Assembly (NCBI GenBank): GCA_051294375.1
Contig: CM119267.1
Location: 16,780,606 to 16,844,605 of the forward strand
Length of the DNA: 64,000 nucleotides
Direction: 5' to 3'
DNA from: Paraspadella gotoi
Lineage: Eukaryota > Animalia > Chaetognatha
Shown: positions 37,836 through 52,751 of the stretch, piece after piece
How positions within the stretch are numbered: position 1 is the stretch's first letter
Layout: each line of letters starts with the position of its first letter
Made by a program: the position numbers and the translations under genes
Notes under the pieces: generated by a model
Seen by the model: only the letters and a program-made list of their open reading frames with translations
Database searches by the model: none
What the model was told of the DNA's origin: nothing

Positions 37836-38191
37836 AAAAAAATTATGTAAACCTATCTAAAAAAATTCAATTAAATTGAACTCAGTTTATATTGGTTTAA
37901 TCCACAAGGATTAAATTTATGGCCCTAAATTTGTTTATTTAGATTTTATACATATCTTGGGTATAAAAAAAATCTGCCTCGACTAAAAATCTAATGTGCA
38001 ATTTTTTTCCTCAAAAACAGTTTTTTCAATATTCTTACTGTGTATAGACTTTCGTTTTTCGTTGTTTTTGGGCATAAGGAGAAAAACAATTTTATTTGTT
38101 TTGACAACGAATTTTTATTGACAGTTTTTGGCAGACTCTCTCTCTCTCCCTGTAACTCAATGTTAAAGAGATAAACTTGATTATTGTCAAA

Positions 38192-38232
38192 CACTGATGA
38201 AGACTCTAAAGTGCAGAGTCGAAACATGTCTG
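38192..38232 (+). ncRNA. Minimal type I hammerhead
   Basis: CTGATGA-A-GACTCT-aaagtgc-AGAGTC-GAAA-CATG-TC. Confidence 0.82.
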
Positions 38233-38308
38233 CCAAAAACTGTCAATAAAAATTCGTTGTCAAAACAAATAAAATTGTTTTTCTCTGCGATGTGTGTGTA
38301 ATATTCAT

Positions 38309-38379
<71 letters not shown>

Positions 38380-38471
38380 CACCAATTTCAAATTCACTCT
38401 CTCTTCACCTCTGTCCTCAACTTCACCTGTATTCACATCTAACCACTTTCCTTTACTCAATTCTTTGTTGG

Positions 38472-38513
<42 letters not shown>

Positions 38514-38547
38514 ACTCAATGTTTGTGAAAATTATTTGTGGTTTTTC

Positions 38548-38594
38548 AAATGCTGATGAAGGCTCAAAAATCTGAGCCGAAACATGTCCAATTT
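38548..38594 (+). ncRNA. Minimal type I hammerhead
   Basis: CTGATGA-A-GGCTCA-aaaatc-TGAGCC-GAAA-CATG-TC. Confidence 0.82.
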
Positions 38595-39211
38595 TATCTA
38601 AGATAAAATTAAATTGTTGTTTCACAAAAATTTCGTTTCACTTAAAGACAAACAACAAAAAGAAAGGCTTAACACAATATTCTTATTGAAATAATTAAAT
38701 TGTTCTGCGATGTGTGTGTAATTTTCATTGTGGTATTCTTTCAGTTACTAACTAAATAAAGAAAATTTAATGGATTTTTATCTATTATAAGAATTGTTTC
38801 TCATTGGGTCATTTTATTTAATATACTGCTGAAAAAAAGTTAAAATGAGCCATAGATTTGAACATCAATAATATATGAAGCTATCTTGACAAAGATATCA
38901 TATATTATCACCTACCTAGATGAGTAATTTGCATTAATTTTCTTTAGATGAGTAATTTGCATTAATTTTAATATCCCTCTGTCAGAGAATAATCGACATA
39001 TTACACGTCTTTTGCGCATTTAAACAAAAGTGGGATAGATTGATGGACAAGCAGAGAGACCAATACCCAACATTACCCCTGGATAATGGATATATCAGAT
39101 TGAATAATATTCTTCCATTAAAAATTCCTTTTTAAAAATTTTTTAAAAGATTTTCGTTTTTTGCTTGTTTTCTCTCTAAAATTAAAAATTAAAAAAATTA
39201 TAAGATCGTTT

Positions 39212-39256
39212 TATGGTGGACTAAAATCCACCAACCGTTCATCAGCGGCCATTGGT
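39212..39256 (+). mobile_element. 5' fragment of a family A LTR
   Basis: 45 bp identical to 945-989 (TATGGTGGACTAAAATCCACC...CATTGGT). Confidence 0.85.
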
Positions 39257-39632
39257 CTCTGATCAGTGATCATATATTGTGCTTTCTGATTGAATTAGTA
39301 ACAAATCTTTCTATTGTTGGCAAGCCGCTCTCTTTTCCAACAAAGGAAATGAAGTCCACTTTATTGAAGCGAAACAAAAGTGGCATCTCATGAGTCACGC
39401 CCAGTGCCCGCTGCCCTGTAGCCATGGTGGCTTTTGCTACTCCACCACCACTACCCACACAACGTCCACAACCGCCACGTCTCATCAGCATTATGCGCAT
39501 AAAATTCGCCGAAATCTGGACACAGAATTCAGTTGACAGGATTATATTCCGAATAAATATTTCCTTTTTTTTTCTTTTTGATTGGTAAACGAACGAATTA
39601 GTTGGAAAGACTGCAAAAATAGAAAGAAAGAT

Positions 39633-39691
<59 letters not shown>

Positions 39692-39897
39692 AATAATAAT
39701 AAATATAAATAAATAATAAATATTAAATATTAAATAATAAATGATAAAAAATAAAAAATAATAAATAAGTAAATAAATAAATAATAAATAAAAATATTAA
39801 AATATTAAAATATTAAAATATTATAATATTAAAATATTAATTAAATTAAATTAAAAAATTTAAAACGTGCCGGCCGAGTATATTGTACATATTGTAC

Positions 39898-39952
<55 letters not shown>

Positions 39953-40312
39953 GTTCAATTTGTAACTAGTTAAAATTAGTTTCTTTCTGTTAAAAACTCA
40001 TTTCTTGGTTCTCAATTCTCATCGGTGAATTTTTTTTTCTTTTTTCTTTCCTTTCCTTCATTTACTTTTCTTTTCTATTCTTTTCTTTAATGTTTAGCTT
40101 GTTTTTTGAAACTTTGCCTTTTCAACTTTATTCTCCCTTTTGTAGTTTTTTTTTTTCTCCTTTTATTTTTAACTTCTCTTCGGCAACCATTCCTTCCTTT
40201 CGGACTCGGCACTCGTTCAATCTCTTTCGAGACAAAATGAAAACGTTAACCTGACGAAAACAGCAGCTTAGACGGTGAGGTACGTTGTAAATATTTCAAA
40301 GCGAAAGAGAGC

Positions 40313-40355
<43 letters not shown>

Positions 40356-40871
40356 AAATTTGCATTATTCATAAATAACCACTCGCGCCGATTTCTCGGC
40401 AGAAAAGACGAGAAAGGGTTGTTTTTGTTTGTTTTTTTGTTTGTTTTTTTGGTCGTTTAGTTGATACCATATTTTAACATTTTATCCCTTTTTTTTTTAA
40501 TTTTCGAAGTTTTTTGATAAAATTACGCTAATAAAATACTTAATTTTTAACACGCAAAAAAGCCTTGGAGCACTCTCTCTCTCGACTGCCGAGGCCTCGT
40601 TTCGTCGCGTCCCTCGCGATATCATCGATCAAACTCATAAACCTGAAATCCGACGAGAAAAAAAAAACAACAAATGAGCAAACAAACAACGCCAGCGGCG
40701 AGGGAGGCGGAGGCTTAGGAGGCGGCTGATGCGGCGGAGGCGGCGGCCGGTACAGGGGGGGCGGTGGGAGTGGGTGGTAACGGCGGCGGCGGCGGCGAAG
40801 AGAGCGGCGGAAAGAAAGAAATAGCGACGCAAGAAAAATGGAGCCGAGAATCCGTAAACAAAAGAGCAGAG

Positions 40872-40922
<51 letters not shown>

Positions 40923-41292
40923 TTTGGCCGTAATGAATAAAAAATGCTGATAAATAGAACCCAAACTTTCGCCAAAATGTAACGAATTCTGTGAAACTAA
41001 TTTAAGCAGGAAAAGAGGGAAAAGGTAATCAGTAACGAAATTAATTGCAATATCAATTTTACTCCCTTTCGCTCTGCGATGACATTTAAAGAAGAAAACA
41101 TGAAAAAGAAAAAAAAATGAAGAAGAAAATAGAAAAATGAAAAAGAAAAAAGAAAAATGAAAAAGAAAAAGAAATGAATATAATGAGAGTTTGATTCTCG
41201 GGCGATCACGGAGTCGACCGCCCCTCTCGGGCAATTACCCTCTTTGGATCGAATCACCAAGCGACGCATCAATCATCCGGGCGGTAATCAGC

Positions 41293-41450
41293 CGTGCAGC
41301 AATCGTCCACGTTGCAAACTTTCATGCAGCAATCGTCTACGCAGCAGGTGTTCAAGCAGCAATCGTCTACGCAGCAGGTGTTCAAGCAGCAATCATCCAC
41401 GCAGCTAGCGTTCATGCAGCAATCGTCTACGCAGCAATCGTTCAAGGAGC
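41293..41450 (+). repeat. 30-bp minisatellite (GCAGCAATCGTCTACGCAGCAGGTGTTCAA)n
   Basis: About 5 units. Confidence 0.85.
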
Positions 41451-42463
41451 TACTATTCAGTAATCAGTATTCAGTATTCACGTATCAACGTATTCAACTA
41501 TCTTGCAAGTTGGAAACATTAATGAAATAATCATCCACGCTACATTCGAGAACCATTGATTATTCAATCGTACAAGCAGCGTTCTCTCGAATCGAACAAT
41601 CGAACAAGCAATCGTACAAGCAGCAATCTCTCAAATGTTAATCATTCACGAAACCAGAATCTTTCTAATCGACATTAGTTTTATTACCCAATATTTTTAA
41701 AAGAGAAATCTTTCAAAAGTTAAAAGGATTCCCGAAATGATATTACTTTTTCCTCGATTTTATGAGCATCAAAAATGAGGTTCCCCCTTGTATTTTTTTT
41801 TCATTCACCTGGCGGCGGTTTTTCAGTGAATAAGAGAAAAAGTCAAATCTCCTGAGACAAAATAGCATCGTCATCGTCGTCGTCATCATCATCGCGCAAG
41901 ATTTTTCACTTATTTTTCCGGTCGATTCTATTCAGGGGATAAATTACTATTTTTTTTTTTTTTTTGCTTCGGGGAGTTTGGCAAAAAAAAATAGTCGACT
42001 GGGAATTAAAAAAGCGAATTTTCCAGCCGCGAAATGGCGGGAAAAAATAAACAAAGGAAAAAACAAATAGGTCTGGTGAGCAAGAGGGAAATTAAATGGA
42101 CGAAGAAGATGGGTTCGAGGCGGAGAGAGAAAAAAAAAAGAGCAATTTCATGAGAATTGACAAATGGAAAAGTTAATGTGGTAGAGATTTTTTTTTCTTG
42201 TAGAAGAAAAAAGTACAAAGGAAACTAAATCTAAGTAGAAATGTGGAAGTTGATTTAAATATAACCAATTAAGTTTCTCGTTTAAATTAAACGTTTGAAA
42301 TACTTAAAGATAAGAAATATACTCGGCTAATGCTTAAATTTTCTGGCTAATTTCGAAGAATTTAGGAAAGGAAAACCGTAATGGGTTTCGAAGACTGATT
42401 CCTGGTAATCAATATAAAGCGAGATTAATTACAGAGAGAGAGAGAGAGAGAGGAGGGAGAGAG

Positions 42464-42496
<33 letters not shown>

Positions 42497-43568
42497 AGAG
42501 AATAAATTCTGGCCTGTTGGGAGGAAAGTCTCACACAAGGAGGAAAGGTAAGGCTTTCCAAGAAAAATGGATATGAAAGAAAATGGAGCGAAAAAAAAAA
42601 GGTTTTAACGTATTCATACCCTTAAAATAGTAGTTTTGTCTGAAACGTCAAAAGATTTCCGTTTGACTGACGACTTTTCCAGGAAAACGACAAGTTTTTG
42701 CGGTGGCTTCACGCATGCGCGTTGAGTGAGTAAACAAGGTCTACTACATAATGAAACATGACGGCGTTTCAGCGTTTGACGGGCAGTCCGCACGCAAAGT
42801 TTTTTGACCGTTTGAGCCCGGTTACGAACTTCGGGGGGAAAAAAAATGGGTCCGAACATAAGTCCCGCGGTCTTAACGACCTCGATAGAGGACGACGACG
42901 ACCTCTCGACCCGGGACACGTGACCTTTGACCCCAAGTTATGAACTCAAAGACGAGCGACGCATTCGAATTGGAACCAATTGTCAGTTGGCGTCAATCGA
43001 AAAGGAATTGCGGGCGTTGGAGAGTTCGCCAACGATTCCAAGTGTGGAGGTGAGGTGTGAGAGGAGGATCACAGGGAGGAAGGGAGAGATGGAAAGAGTA
43101 GATATATGTTTGGGGGGGGGGGTTGAAGGAGGAGTCGTTTTACTTGAATGAGGAAGGGAGCTTCGTTTCTCTCTATTCTTTTTATGACGTCATGACCGGA
43201 ATACATTCTTCGCCTCATTTCTCGGTCGAACGATCGTCTTCACGAAACTATATTTCCAACTATTTTTTTTTTTTTTAAATAGCTATGGGTTTAAAATATT
43301 GGAAGTTTGAGTAGAAAAAAATATTTTCTTTTGTAAAATTTGTTGTAAAAAAAAAGATTAATTAATTTATTAATTAAAAATATTTTCTTTTGTAAAACTT
43401 GTTGTAAAAGAAAAAGTATTAATTAATTTATTATTTAGCTTTTTTTTAACTTATATAAAAATTATTTTCAATATTATTGTTGGAGGCAGTTAATTTTTTT
43501 CAATTATTACAATACGAAAAGTAAAAATAGAAATCCAACGCTCATTTCCGTTCGCCTTGTTCCTCTCC

Positions 43569-43600
<32 letters not shown>

Positions 43601-44486
43601 CTTCTCTCTCTCGCTCTCTCTCTCTCTCGGTCGCCACGTTCTCAGCGCTAAAAATTTCCCTATCCATTTCCTTTTTTTTCTTCTCTCTCGGGCTAAAACG
43701 CCTCACATCCGGTGGGAAATGAAAGACGATGTTTGGCGGCGAAAGAAATAATAAAAGGAAAATGGCGACGGTAATAATGAAAGAAAAAAAAGGGCATAAA
43801 GAAAAACTCTCCTTCGGTGGCGAATGACGCCGACGAAGACGTAAAAACTTACCCTTCGCCTCGGGCGTCTAAGATGGCGGGAAAAAGAAATTTGCATCTC
43901 TCTCTCTCTCTCTCGCGGACGAGGTAAGGGCTGGTAAGGCCATCTCGGCGAAAGAGAAAAATCGGGATCCAATCAAAAAAGGGCCGATGGCGAAACATTT
44001 TATGAGATCTCGATTGGCAACCAAAAAAAANNNNNNNNNNNNNNNNNNNNNNNNNNNNNNNNNNNNNNNNNNNNNNNNNNNNNNNNNNNNNNNNNNNNNN
44101 NNNNNNNNNNNNNNNNNNNNNNNNNNNNNNNNNNNNNNNNNNNNNNNNNNNNNNNNNNNNNNNNNNNNNNNNNNNNNNNNNNNNNNNNNNNNNNNNNNNN
44201 NNNNNNNNNNNNNNNNNNNNNNNNNNNNNNNNNNNNNNGCCTCGGCGCCCGCGAAAAATAAAAGGGCATCGCGAGAATTGACGAGCGAAGACTAAAAACC
44301 TCATTCGTTGGCGTCGGCGATCGCGTGTCGGGTGTCGGCCTTACGCGTTATTAGCCGAGAATATATTTTCTCTGGCACCTGAGACGAGTTGATCCCGCTC
44401 AGCGCAGCGCGTATGGAGGATTGAATCAGGTTGCACAGGAACGGAGAGAGAGAGAGATCAGAGAGAGAGAGAAGAGAGAGAGAGAT

Positions 44487-44540
<54 letters not shown>

Positions 44541-44794
44541 AAGAGAGAAGAGAGAGAAGAAGAGAGAGAGAGAGAGAGAGAGAGAAACGCGAGGCCAAGG
44601 GTCGATCGCGCCGAATTGTCGGAATCGTTTTGGACGAAGCGGCGCGCGACGAAATTAATGTTGTTAGCATTGAAGGCGTCGTTTTTTAAAAAAAAATTTT
44701 TTAAACTCAAAGATTTAAAAACTTTGTCAAGGGTTCGCAGCTCGGGATTAAAAAAACGTGTTTTAGTTTTTATACCAACCTTTACGGTGAGAGC

Positions 44795-44876
<82 letters not shown>

Positions 44877-46273
44877 ACGGAGAGATGAGAGAGAGACGGA
44901 GAACAAATGAAAACGCAGGTGTATTTTCTTGCGCTTTTACGTCATAAATATCCATTCGAGATTCTTCGTAGTGACATTATATCCACCAGTGAGAAAAAAA
45001 AGGCGGAAAAAAAGAAAAAAAATAAATCGAAACCGAATTTTATTTTGGAAATTTATTTTAGTTCCGCTCTTTTCGTCGGCAGAAGGACAACAACAACGAC
45101 GAAGACAACAACAACAACGAGGAAGGAATCACGGGGAAAATAAATAAAAAAAAGAAGAAGAGAGACACGAGGCGAAGACGGAAAAACTGGAAGGGAGGGA
45201 AGGAAAACAGCTGAGACGGAGGAGGAGGAGGAGGAGGAGGAGAAGGAGGAGAAGGAGGAAGAGGAGGAGGAGGAAAAAGACCCCGGTTACGCGCTTCATG
45301 GTGACGACGAACGAACTTCGACCAGAGAATTTAAAGAGAGAATCGCCATATCACAACTCATAAGCTCAGGGTCTCTGGCACAACTTTTTAATCTCACGGT
45401 CTCACTCATACCTTACTATGTTACAGTCTCTGTCAATCTGTCTCTTTCGATCACAACTCAGAGTGTTTAAAAACTGTTCATCGCTGGTATTGTCTCTATC
45501 AGATTATGTCTGTGTTTATGAGTAGAACATCGTATACTCTCTGTCAACCTCGTCGCTTTTCCTAACTCATCCCCACTTTATGTCAAAACCTATTTATAGG
45601 CTTCTCGAAACACACAGCATTCTTTCATTCATTAATTTCATCCTTCTTTGCTTCATTCATTCCGACATTCTATCATATCTTTATTTTTTCATTACCTCAT
45701 TTATTCATTACTTCACACGCTCGTTCATTCATTCCTTCATTTCATCGTTCCATAATTCTTTCATTCATTCATTCCTTTATTCCTTCATTCATTCATTCCT
45801 TTATTCCTTCACTCCTTCGATAAGTTTTTTCTTTACCCATTTCCTCCCCGTTTAATCCGAGCCAGGCCGCCTCCAAAAACAGAGTCCACAACAGTCTCCA
45901 AAACTGTTAGCGCAGCCCCCTTTCTCTCTCTCTCTCTCACCTCTCTCCTCCTCTCTCTCTCTCNNNNNNNNNNNNNNNNNNNNNNNNNNNNNNNNNNNNN
46001 NNNNNNNNNNNNNNNNNNNNNNNNNNNNNNNNNNNNNNNNNNNNNNNNNNNNNNNNNNNNNNNNNNNNNNNNNNNNNNNNNNNNNNNNNNNNNNNNNNNN
46101 NNNNNNNNNNNNNNNNNNNNNNNNNNNNNNNNNNNNNNNNNNNNNNNNNNNAAAGTGGCAGAATCACACATAAAAGGAAGCCACTTCGTTGGCCGCTTCC
46201 CTTTCCGCTCATTGGATCCACAAATTGGATTTTGAATTTCGAATTTAAATTTTTTGCTCCAGTGAAACAGCGA

Positions 46274-46392
<119 letters not shown>

Positions 46393-47011
46393 AGAGAAAG
46401 ATATGGCGCGCAATTGATGTCTTTTTGTTTATTCCCAGTTTGCTTTAACGCCTTAATAATGCGAATACGTTTTAAATTAATTCTTTCGGGTTATTTTTCA
46501 AAATCGTTTTGAATTTTATTCCGATTCTCTTTTTTAAAAACAAACAGATAGTTAAAAAAAAAGCATTTTTTTCAAAACCCAACTTTTTTTTATTCCCCTC
46601 TTTCCGACCTCTAACGGGGCCGCGAGTTCTGGCAACGCAAAGTGGAATTTAATTTGACGATGAAATTGAATCTTCAAACGGAATCTTTTGTTTCTAATGA
46701 AATTCTTGTTTTAGAGGGCGCTGCTGGGCGTGGGGGGAGGAGGGGGAAGAGGAGGAGGGCAGAAGAGGGAAAGAGGGAGGAAAAAGAAATGCTAATCTTT
46801 CTCTAACTCAATCGTGTCTGGGCTCCGTAACGNNNNNNNNNNNNNNNNNNNNNNNNNNNNNNNNNNNNNNNNNNNNNNNNNNNNNNNNNNNNNNNNNNNN
46901 NNNNNNNNNNNNNNNNNNNNNNNNNNNNNNNNNNNNNNNNNNNNNNNNNNNNNNNNNNNNNNNNNNNNNNNNNNNNNNNNNNNNNNNNNNNNNNNNNNNN
47001 NNNNNNNNNNN

Positions 47012-47045
<34 letters not shown>

Positions 47046-50000
47046 AGAGATCGCAAACACTAACGCGGAAGCAAGCAAACAATGAGCAGATGAAGCTACG
47101 TTGGCGACCGGGATTTAAATATAAAATCTCATCAGGCTACAGGCTTGCCAATGTTTCGCTGTTGGTCGTTTGTCGTTCGTTTCAAGTAGGGCTCACATCA
47201 TCCATCATCGTGAATATTTGTCACTCAGAATCAATACCAACTTGTTTATTAATCAAACTCTCTTTTATTGATAGTTTTTTTTTTTCTCACCCGAACAATA
47301 AAAAAACATTTCTTATTTTTGTTTGTTTGTTCTGAATCACAAAGAAAAATCGTTGACTCGCGAACATTGGCAAAACCAGTTTTGATTAAAACTTCAGTGG
47401 ACCAGATATATTGTTTTGTATTTGTACGTAAACAAAAGTAAACTGTAAGAATTGTAGCGGAAGTTTTTCATCTTGAGGCGTCTAACAAGGCGGATTATTT
47501 GTTTAAAAAGTCGTAGGTTTATTTTTTGACAATTCATGAAAGAAACTGACAGCAAAAGAAGTTGAATGAGTGGATCGAGTAGATTGAACCACTAAACGGT
47601 CAAGTGGTAAGATCGTGGACTCTCTGTAGTTGTCATGACCAAATGAGCTGCTACAATTTACCATTTTACCATATATAAACAAGAATTTATTTTTTGTACC
47701 CAACGTCTTCTTGAANNNNNNNNNNNNNNNNNNNNNNNNNNNNNNNNNNNNNNNNNNNNNNNNNNNNNNNNNNNNNNNNNNNNNNNNNNNNNNNNNNNNN
47801 NNNNNNNNNNNNNNNNNNNNNNNNNNNNNNNNNNNNNNNNNNNNNNNNNNNNNNNNNNNNNNNNNNNNNNNNTCGTTCAGCCTTTTCTTTCTCCCGCGGA
47901 ATTTCCTCGCTTTATTTTTAGCTCGTTCATTTGTCTTTTCATTCCGATTTATATTNNNNNNNNNNNNNNNNNNNNNNNNNNNNNNNNNNNNNNNNNNNNN
48001 NNNNNNNNNNNNNNNNNNNNNNNNNNNNNNNNNNNNNNNNNNNNNNNNNNNNNNNNNNNNNNNNNNNNNNNNNNNNNNNNNNNNNNNNNNNNNNNNNNNN
48101 NNNNNNNNNNNNNNNNNNNNNNNNNNNNNNNNNNNNNNNNNNNNNNNNNNNNNNNNNNNNNNNNNNNNNNNNNNNNNNNNNNNNNNNNNNNNNNNNNNNN
48201 NNNNNNNNNNNNNNNNNNNNNNNNNNNNNNNNNNNNNNNNNNNNNAAGAGCCTTCACACTTCAACATTCTCTTTAGAACTCCTTTTTAGTTTGAGGCCTT
48301 TTCGATTCGAGGTTTTCCTCACTTCCCCTCGACCCTTCCTCTCTTTCCTTAAACTCACCTTAAATTTACATTTTTTACCTTACTCTGATTAAAGACCCTT
48401 CCATCTGTAACCTTTACTGAAAAAAACAGTAGTTGAAACTTTTATGAAAATTTAAAAAATATTTGATTCATTTTATTACTATCAAACTAACTTTTTTTTT
48501 AAAAATAAAAAAGTTTAACATATTAATAACAGGATGGCGACAGATATGTTCGAGAATTATTACAAAAAGTTAAAATTACTTTCTTCCCCAGTAGCTTTCA
48601 AACAAAGTTAGAAATTTTTCTTCACTTTTCACTTCCTCACGAAATCTCCCCGTATTAACTTGTGGTATTCTTTTAGTCGGAACTGCTCGCAGTATATTCA
48701 ACTTTAATTTGTCGGTCTGTCGGTCCGCCCTCCTTATATCTTGTCGGTATTTAGCGTTTGATATTCTCATCTTTGTTTTTTTTTCTTTGTTTCTGCGTTT
48801 TCTTACAATATTTTGTTCATTTTTCGATTGTTATTTTTTCTTTGTTTCTATTTTATAAAAAATACATGAATCTAATTTGCATACTGTAGTATTTAGGTTT
48901 TTTAACAAAAAATAAGATATTTATTGCCGGGTTAAAAATGATATAAATTTTTTTCAAAATGATAATAAACTGCTAAGAAAGCTTGAAATATTTGATATAT
49001 GCTCACAAATCCGATAAAAGAGAAATATTGGAACGAAATTGCTAGAGTGGATGCGAGTGGATGCGAGTGGAATTCCTCCCTTTTTTTTTCTTCCTCTTTT
49101 CCTCCTTCGCCTACAACTTAATTCGAAAATTCGATTCTATGGCGAGTGAATCTGAGAGGGTCTCCTCATAAGGGAAAGGAAGAGGAAAGGATTCTACGGT
49201 GCGAGATGGAACAACCCTGCTGGATTCGCTGGAAAATGGAATGATGGAGAAAGTCAAAGTACTTCCGGGGTTTTTTCTTTTTGCCGCTTTAATTAGAGTT
49301 ACTGTCTTTAACATAAGAGGCAAAAATGCCAGTTGGCACAACATTTTCAGAAAACTTTTNNNNNNNNNNNNNNNNNNNNNNNNNNNNNNNNNNNNNNNNN
49401 NNNNNNNNNNNNNNNNNNNNNNNNNNNNNNNNNNNNNNNNNNNNNNNNNNNNNNNNNNNNNNNNNNNNNNNNNNNNNNNNNNNNNNNNNNNNNNNNNNNN
49501 NNNNNNNNNNNNNNNNNNNNNNNNNNNNNNNNNNNNNNNNNNNNNNNNNNNNNNNNNNNNNNNNNNNNNNTTTCTTTACTTTGCTTGTTCAATGTTCATA
49601 GTATGATTGTAAGCCAATGTTCTGTTGTGTAAGGAACATCTCCTTCCCTCGTCTTCTTCTAGTACTTTTCAGTGCAGGCTGGCAATTTTCTGACATTCCA
49701 CATTTTTCCCTATAGTTTCTCTCTTTTTCTCTCTCACTTTCTCTTTCTCTCTCTCTCTCTCTTTCCCGCATCCATGTTTCATCCACCTGCCGACATCGGT
49801 TCGCCGCCGCCGCCGCCACCGCCGCCGCCTCCGCCGCCGCCGCCACCGGCGCCGCCGCCAATCGACGGCCGCTTCCGCTCCATTAACGATATTTCCCATA
49901 AGACGCTTCACTTGGAGACCAATGAGATTCTCCGTCTCTTCTTTCCACCTTTTTTTCCGTATCTTTTCTCCTCTTTCCCTTCCTCTCTCTCTCCATTCCC

Positions 50001-50874
50001 CCTTTAATTCTCCCTCTCTATTCCACCCTTTTTTCCTTTCTTCCCTGCTTCTGTCTCTCCCTTTCCCCGTAGCGACCTTGCCAAAGCTTTCGCCCTGCTT
50101 ACTTCGCATGTCTTCCTAACATAAATCTAACTTTTAAATTCATAAAAACAGCTTGCTTTTTTTCTCTCATCTTACCATTTTTAAAACCAAGACTTAATTT
50201 GTTATTGTTTAGAGACTGAAAAACTCGACCAAAATTTAGTGGAATTTAAAAAAGAATATATTTAGGGCTTCTTATAAACTATTCCTAATTCTTTATGTTG
50301 TTTATTACTCCGTCAAATATTATCAGTGTCTGTCTGTCCGTATATAAAAAAAAATAACAAGAAAAACAACCCCAGGTTCCTCATACTATTTTGCCGCCAA
50401 AAAAAATTGTTCACTCCATTTTTTTTTTCGTATTTAAATGTCAAGAACTCTCCGGATTATATTTTCTTCTTTTTTTTTCTCTTTTTATCGAAGATTGTCC
50501 CGAAGTCTTTTTCTTTTTCGCGCTCCACTTCATTTTTTGCAATACAACGACGCAGTGATCCGTCCAAAATTGATACAGGGAGGCAAAGACGCGCCGATTT
50601 GTAAGAGCGATGGGAGAAAAAACAGCATTGCCAACGAGATATACAGAGAAGCAATGGAAAAAAAAAAGATACACGCGTTGTAGAATTATAGATTTATTTA
50701 TTCTTAAGAGATGCCACGATGCTGCGATACGGTACTGGAACGGCATTTGTTTTCCCTCTCTTCACGCGCGCCATTTTTCTCACCACTCGAGTTTTCCGGG
50801 TTTTCGGTTCTGGCGTCTCCGCGTGAAGTGAACCCTGGGATCGACCTTTTGTCTACTGTCAATCAACGAGTCGG

Positions 50875-50948
<74 letters not shown>

Positions 50949-51322
50949 TGAGAGAAGAGAGAGAGAGAGAGAGAGAAGAGAGAGAGATGAGAGAGCAAAT
51001 TCCAGCGGGAAATTTTTTGCTAATTTCCTTAATTGCGACTGGGGATTTTAACTTACTGACAAGAGGAGATAGATTCTCTTTAAAAAATGACCCTCTTCTA
51101 GTCCCGTTTCACCCCCCCCCTTGATTTCCCGACCGTGCAACAACAACAACAACAACCACCTGAGTCTTTCACCCATCCCCACCTTAATTTGCCGACCTAA
51201 AAAGGTTCGAATTGAAACCGCGCGAGGGAAGAGAGAGGAGAGAGAGAGAGAATAAGAAGAGAGGGTGAGAGAGAGAGAGAGACTGAGGAGAGAGAGAGAG
51301 AAGAGAGGAGAGAGAGAGAGAA

Positions 51323-51355
<33 letters not shown>

Positions 51356-52692
51356 CAAGGAAGCACTTAGCGACAACATCGGAAAACGTCGGCAACCGAA
51401 AAAAAAATGGAAAGACACATTCCGTGAAATGGGGAAAGAAAAAAAAATGCGGAAAAATAGTGAATTCCGTTTCTCATAAGATTTTTGGGTTCAATTTCTT
51501 GGATTGACTGTGCTACGAGTACGGTTCTTAATTTTCGCTTTTTGGCTTTTATTGTTATTTTTGGTTTAGTTTCTTACCTGACGTTTAAATTGACAATCTT
51601 TCAGTCTTCTTTAGTCTACTTAATTATTCGAAACATCACAATACTCTCTACATATAGTTCTTAACTCCGTAAAGTCTCACTACTTTTTCGTGATTAACAA
51701 CAACTATATTCGCCACCTACCAAACACTGCATCACGCATTCTCAACCTACCAACCCAGCGCGCTTTTCCCTCTCTCTCGCGCGCATGTTCTCCTTTTCGC
51801 GAGCTCAAAAAAAAAAGCGCTGAATCGGCGGAAAAGCGATAAAAAGCAGTAAAGCCCGACGGTTGTAATTGTTTTCAGCACCTCTTTTCTTTCTTTTCTT
51901 TCTTTGCTATCTTTTATCTTTCTTTTCTCTCTCATCCTTTTCTTATTTATCTTTTCTACATATATTTTCTCTCTCTTTTTTAATTTCTCCAAGCACCCTC
52001 TCTTCTTTCTCTTCTTTATATTTTCTCTATTTTCTCCCTGGTCTCTTTGATATCTTTCTTCCCTCTCTTATTTATATTTAACCTTTATTTTTCTTTATTT
52101 TCTCTCTTTTTCCTAACTTCTTTTTTTTTTCTCTTTTTTTCCTAACTTCTTTTTATTTTCTCTCTTTACAAGCTTTCTCTTCCCTCTTCCCTTACTCTTT
52201 GCCAAAAATGGCCGTCGGCCCCCAAGAAAAAACAGTTTTATTTCTTCGGTCGCTTTAATATTTGTTCGACGCCTGACAAGGCCGACCGGGCGGAGTTCGT
52301 TCGTGTCGGAACCAGGCGAGGTTGAACAGGTTGAGGAGAGCGCGTGAAGATACCTAGCAAGCTCAATCAGGCGGGAGATGAACGTCTTAAAACCTGGAGA
52401 ATGGAGAAGATACAATAAATATTGCGGCGTATCCGACTGTAAAAAAAGCAATCCAAGAAAAGTCCCTCTGTCTTCAGCTAGATGCAAAGTTTATCCACCA
52501 TGGCGAGGGTCTACGGCGCCGCTTTCGACGCCTCGCAGGTTTGCCCGGAATCGGCGCCGGCGACGGAATTTTGGCGCCGGCTCCCGACCTCGAAAACGAT
52601 CTGATCGGGTCGACGAATTCCATTCAAAGTCTCGATTGTGATGAATAGGTTTCGACTCGGGTCGAGATTCCACACCGAAAATATGCGCATAC

Positions 52693-52751
<59 letters not shown>

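Larger units (their letters stand above)
38041..38674 (+). mobile_element. Penelope-like pseudo-LTR cluster with two hammerheads and an inverted segment
   Basis: Absent from the paralogous flank at ~14795; bounded by CAATATTCTTA(C/T)TG direct repeats; 58-bp perfect inverted repeat 38079-38136 / 38228-38285. Confidence 0.8.
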
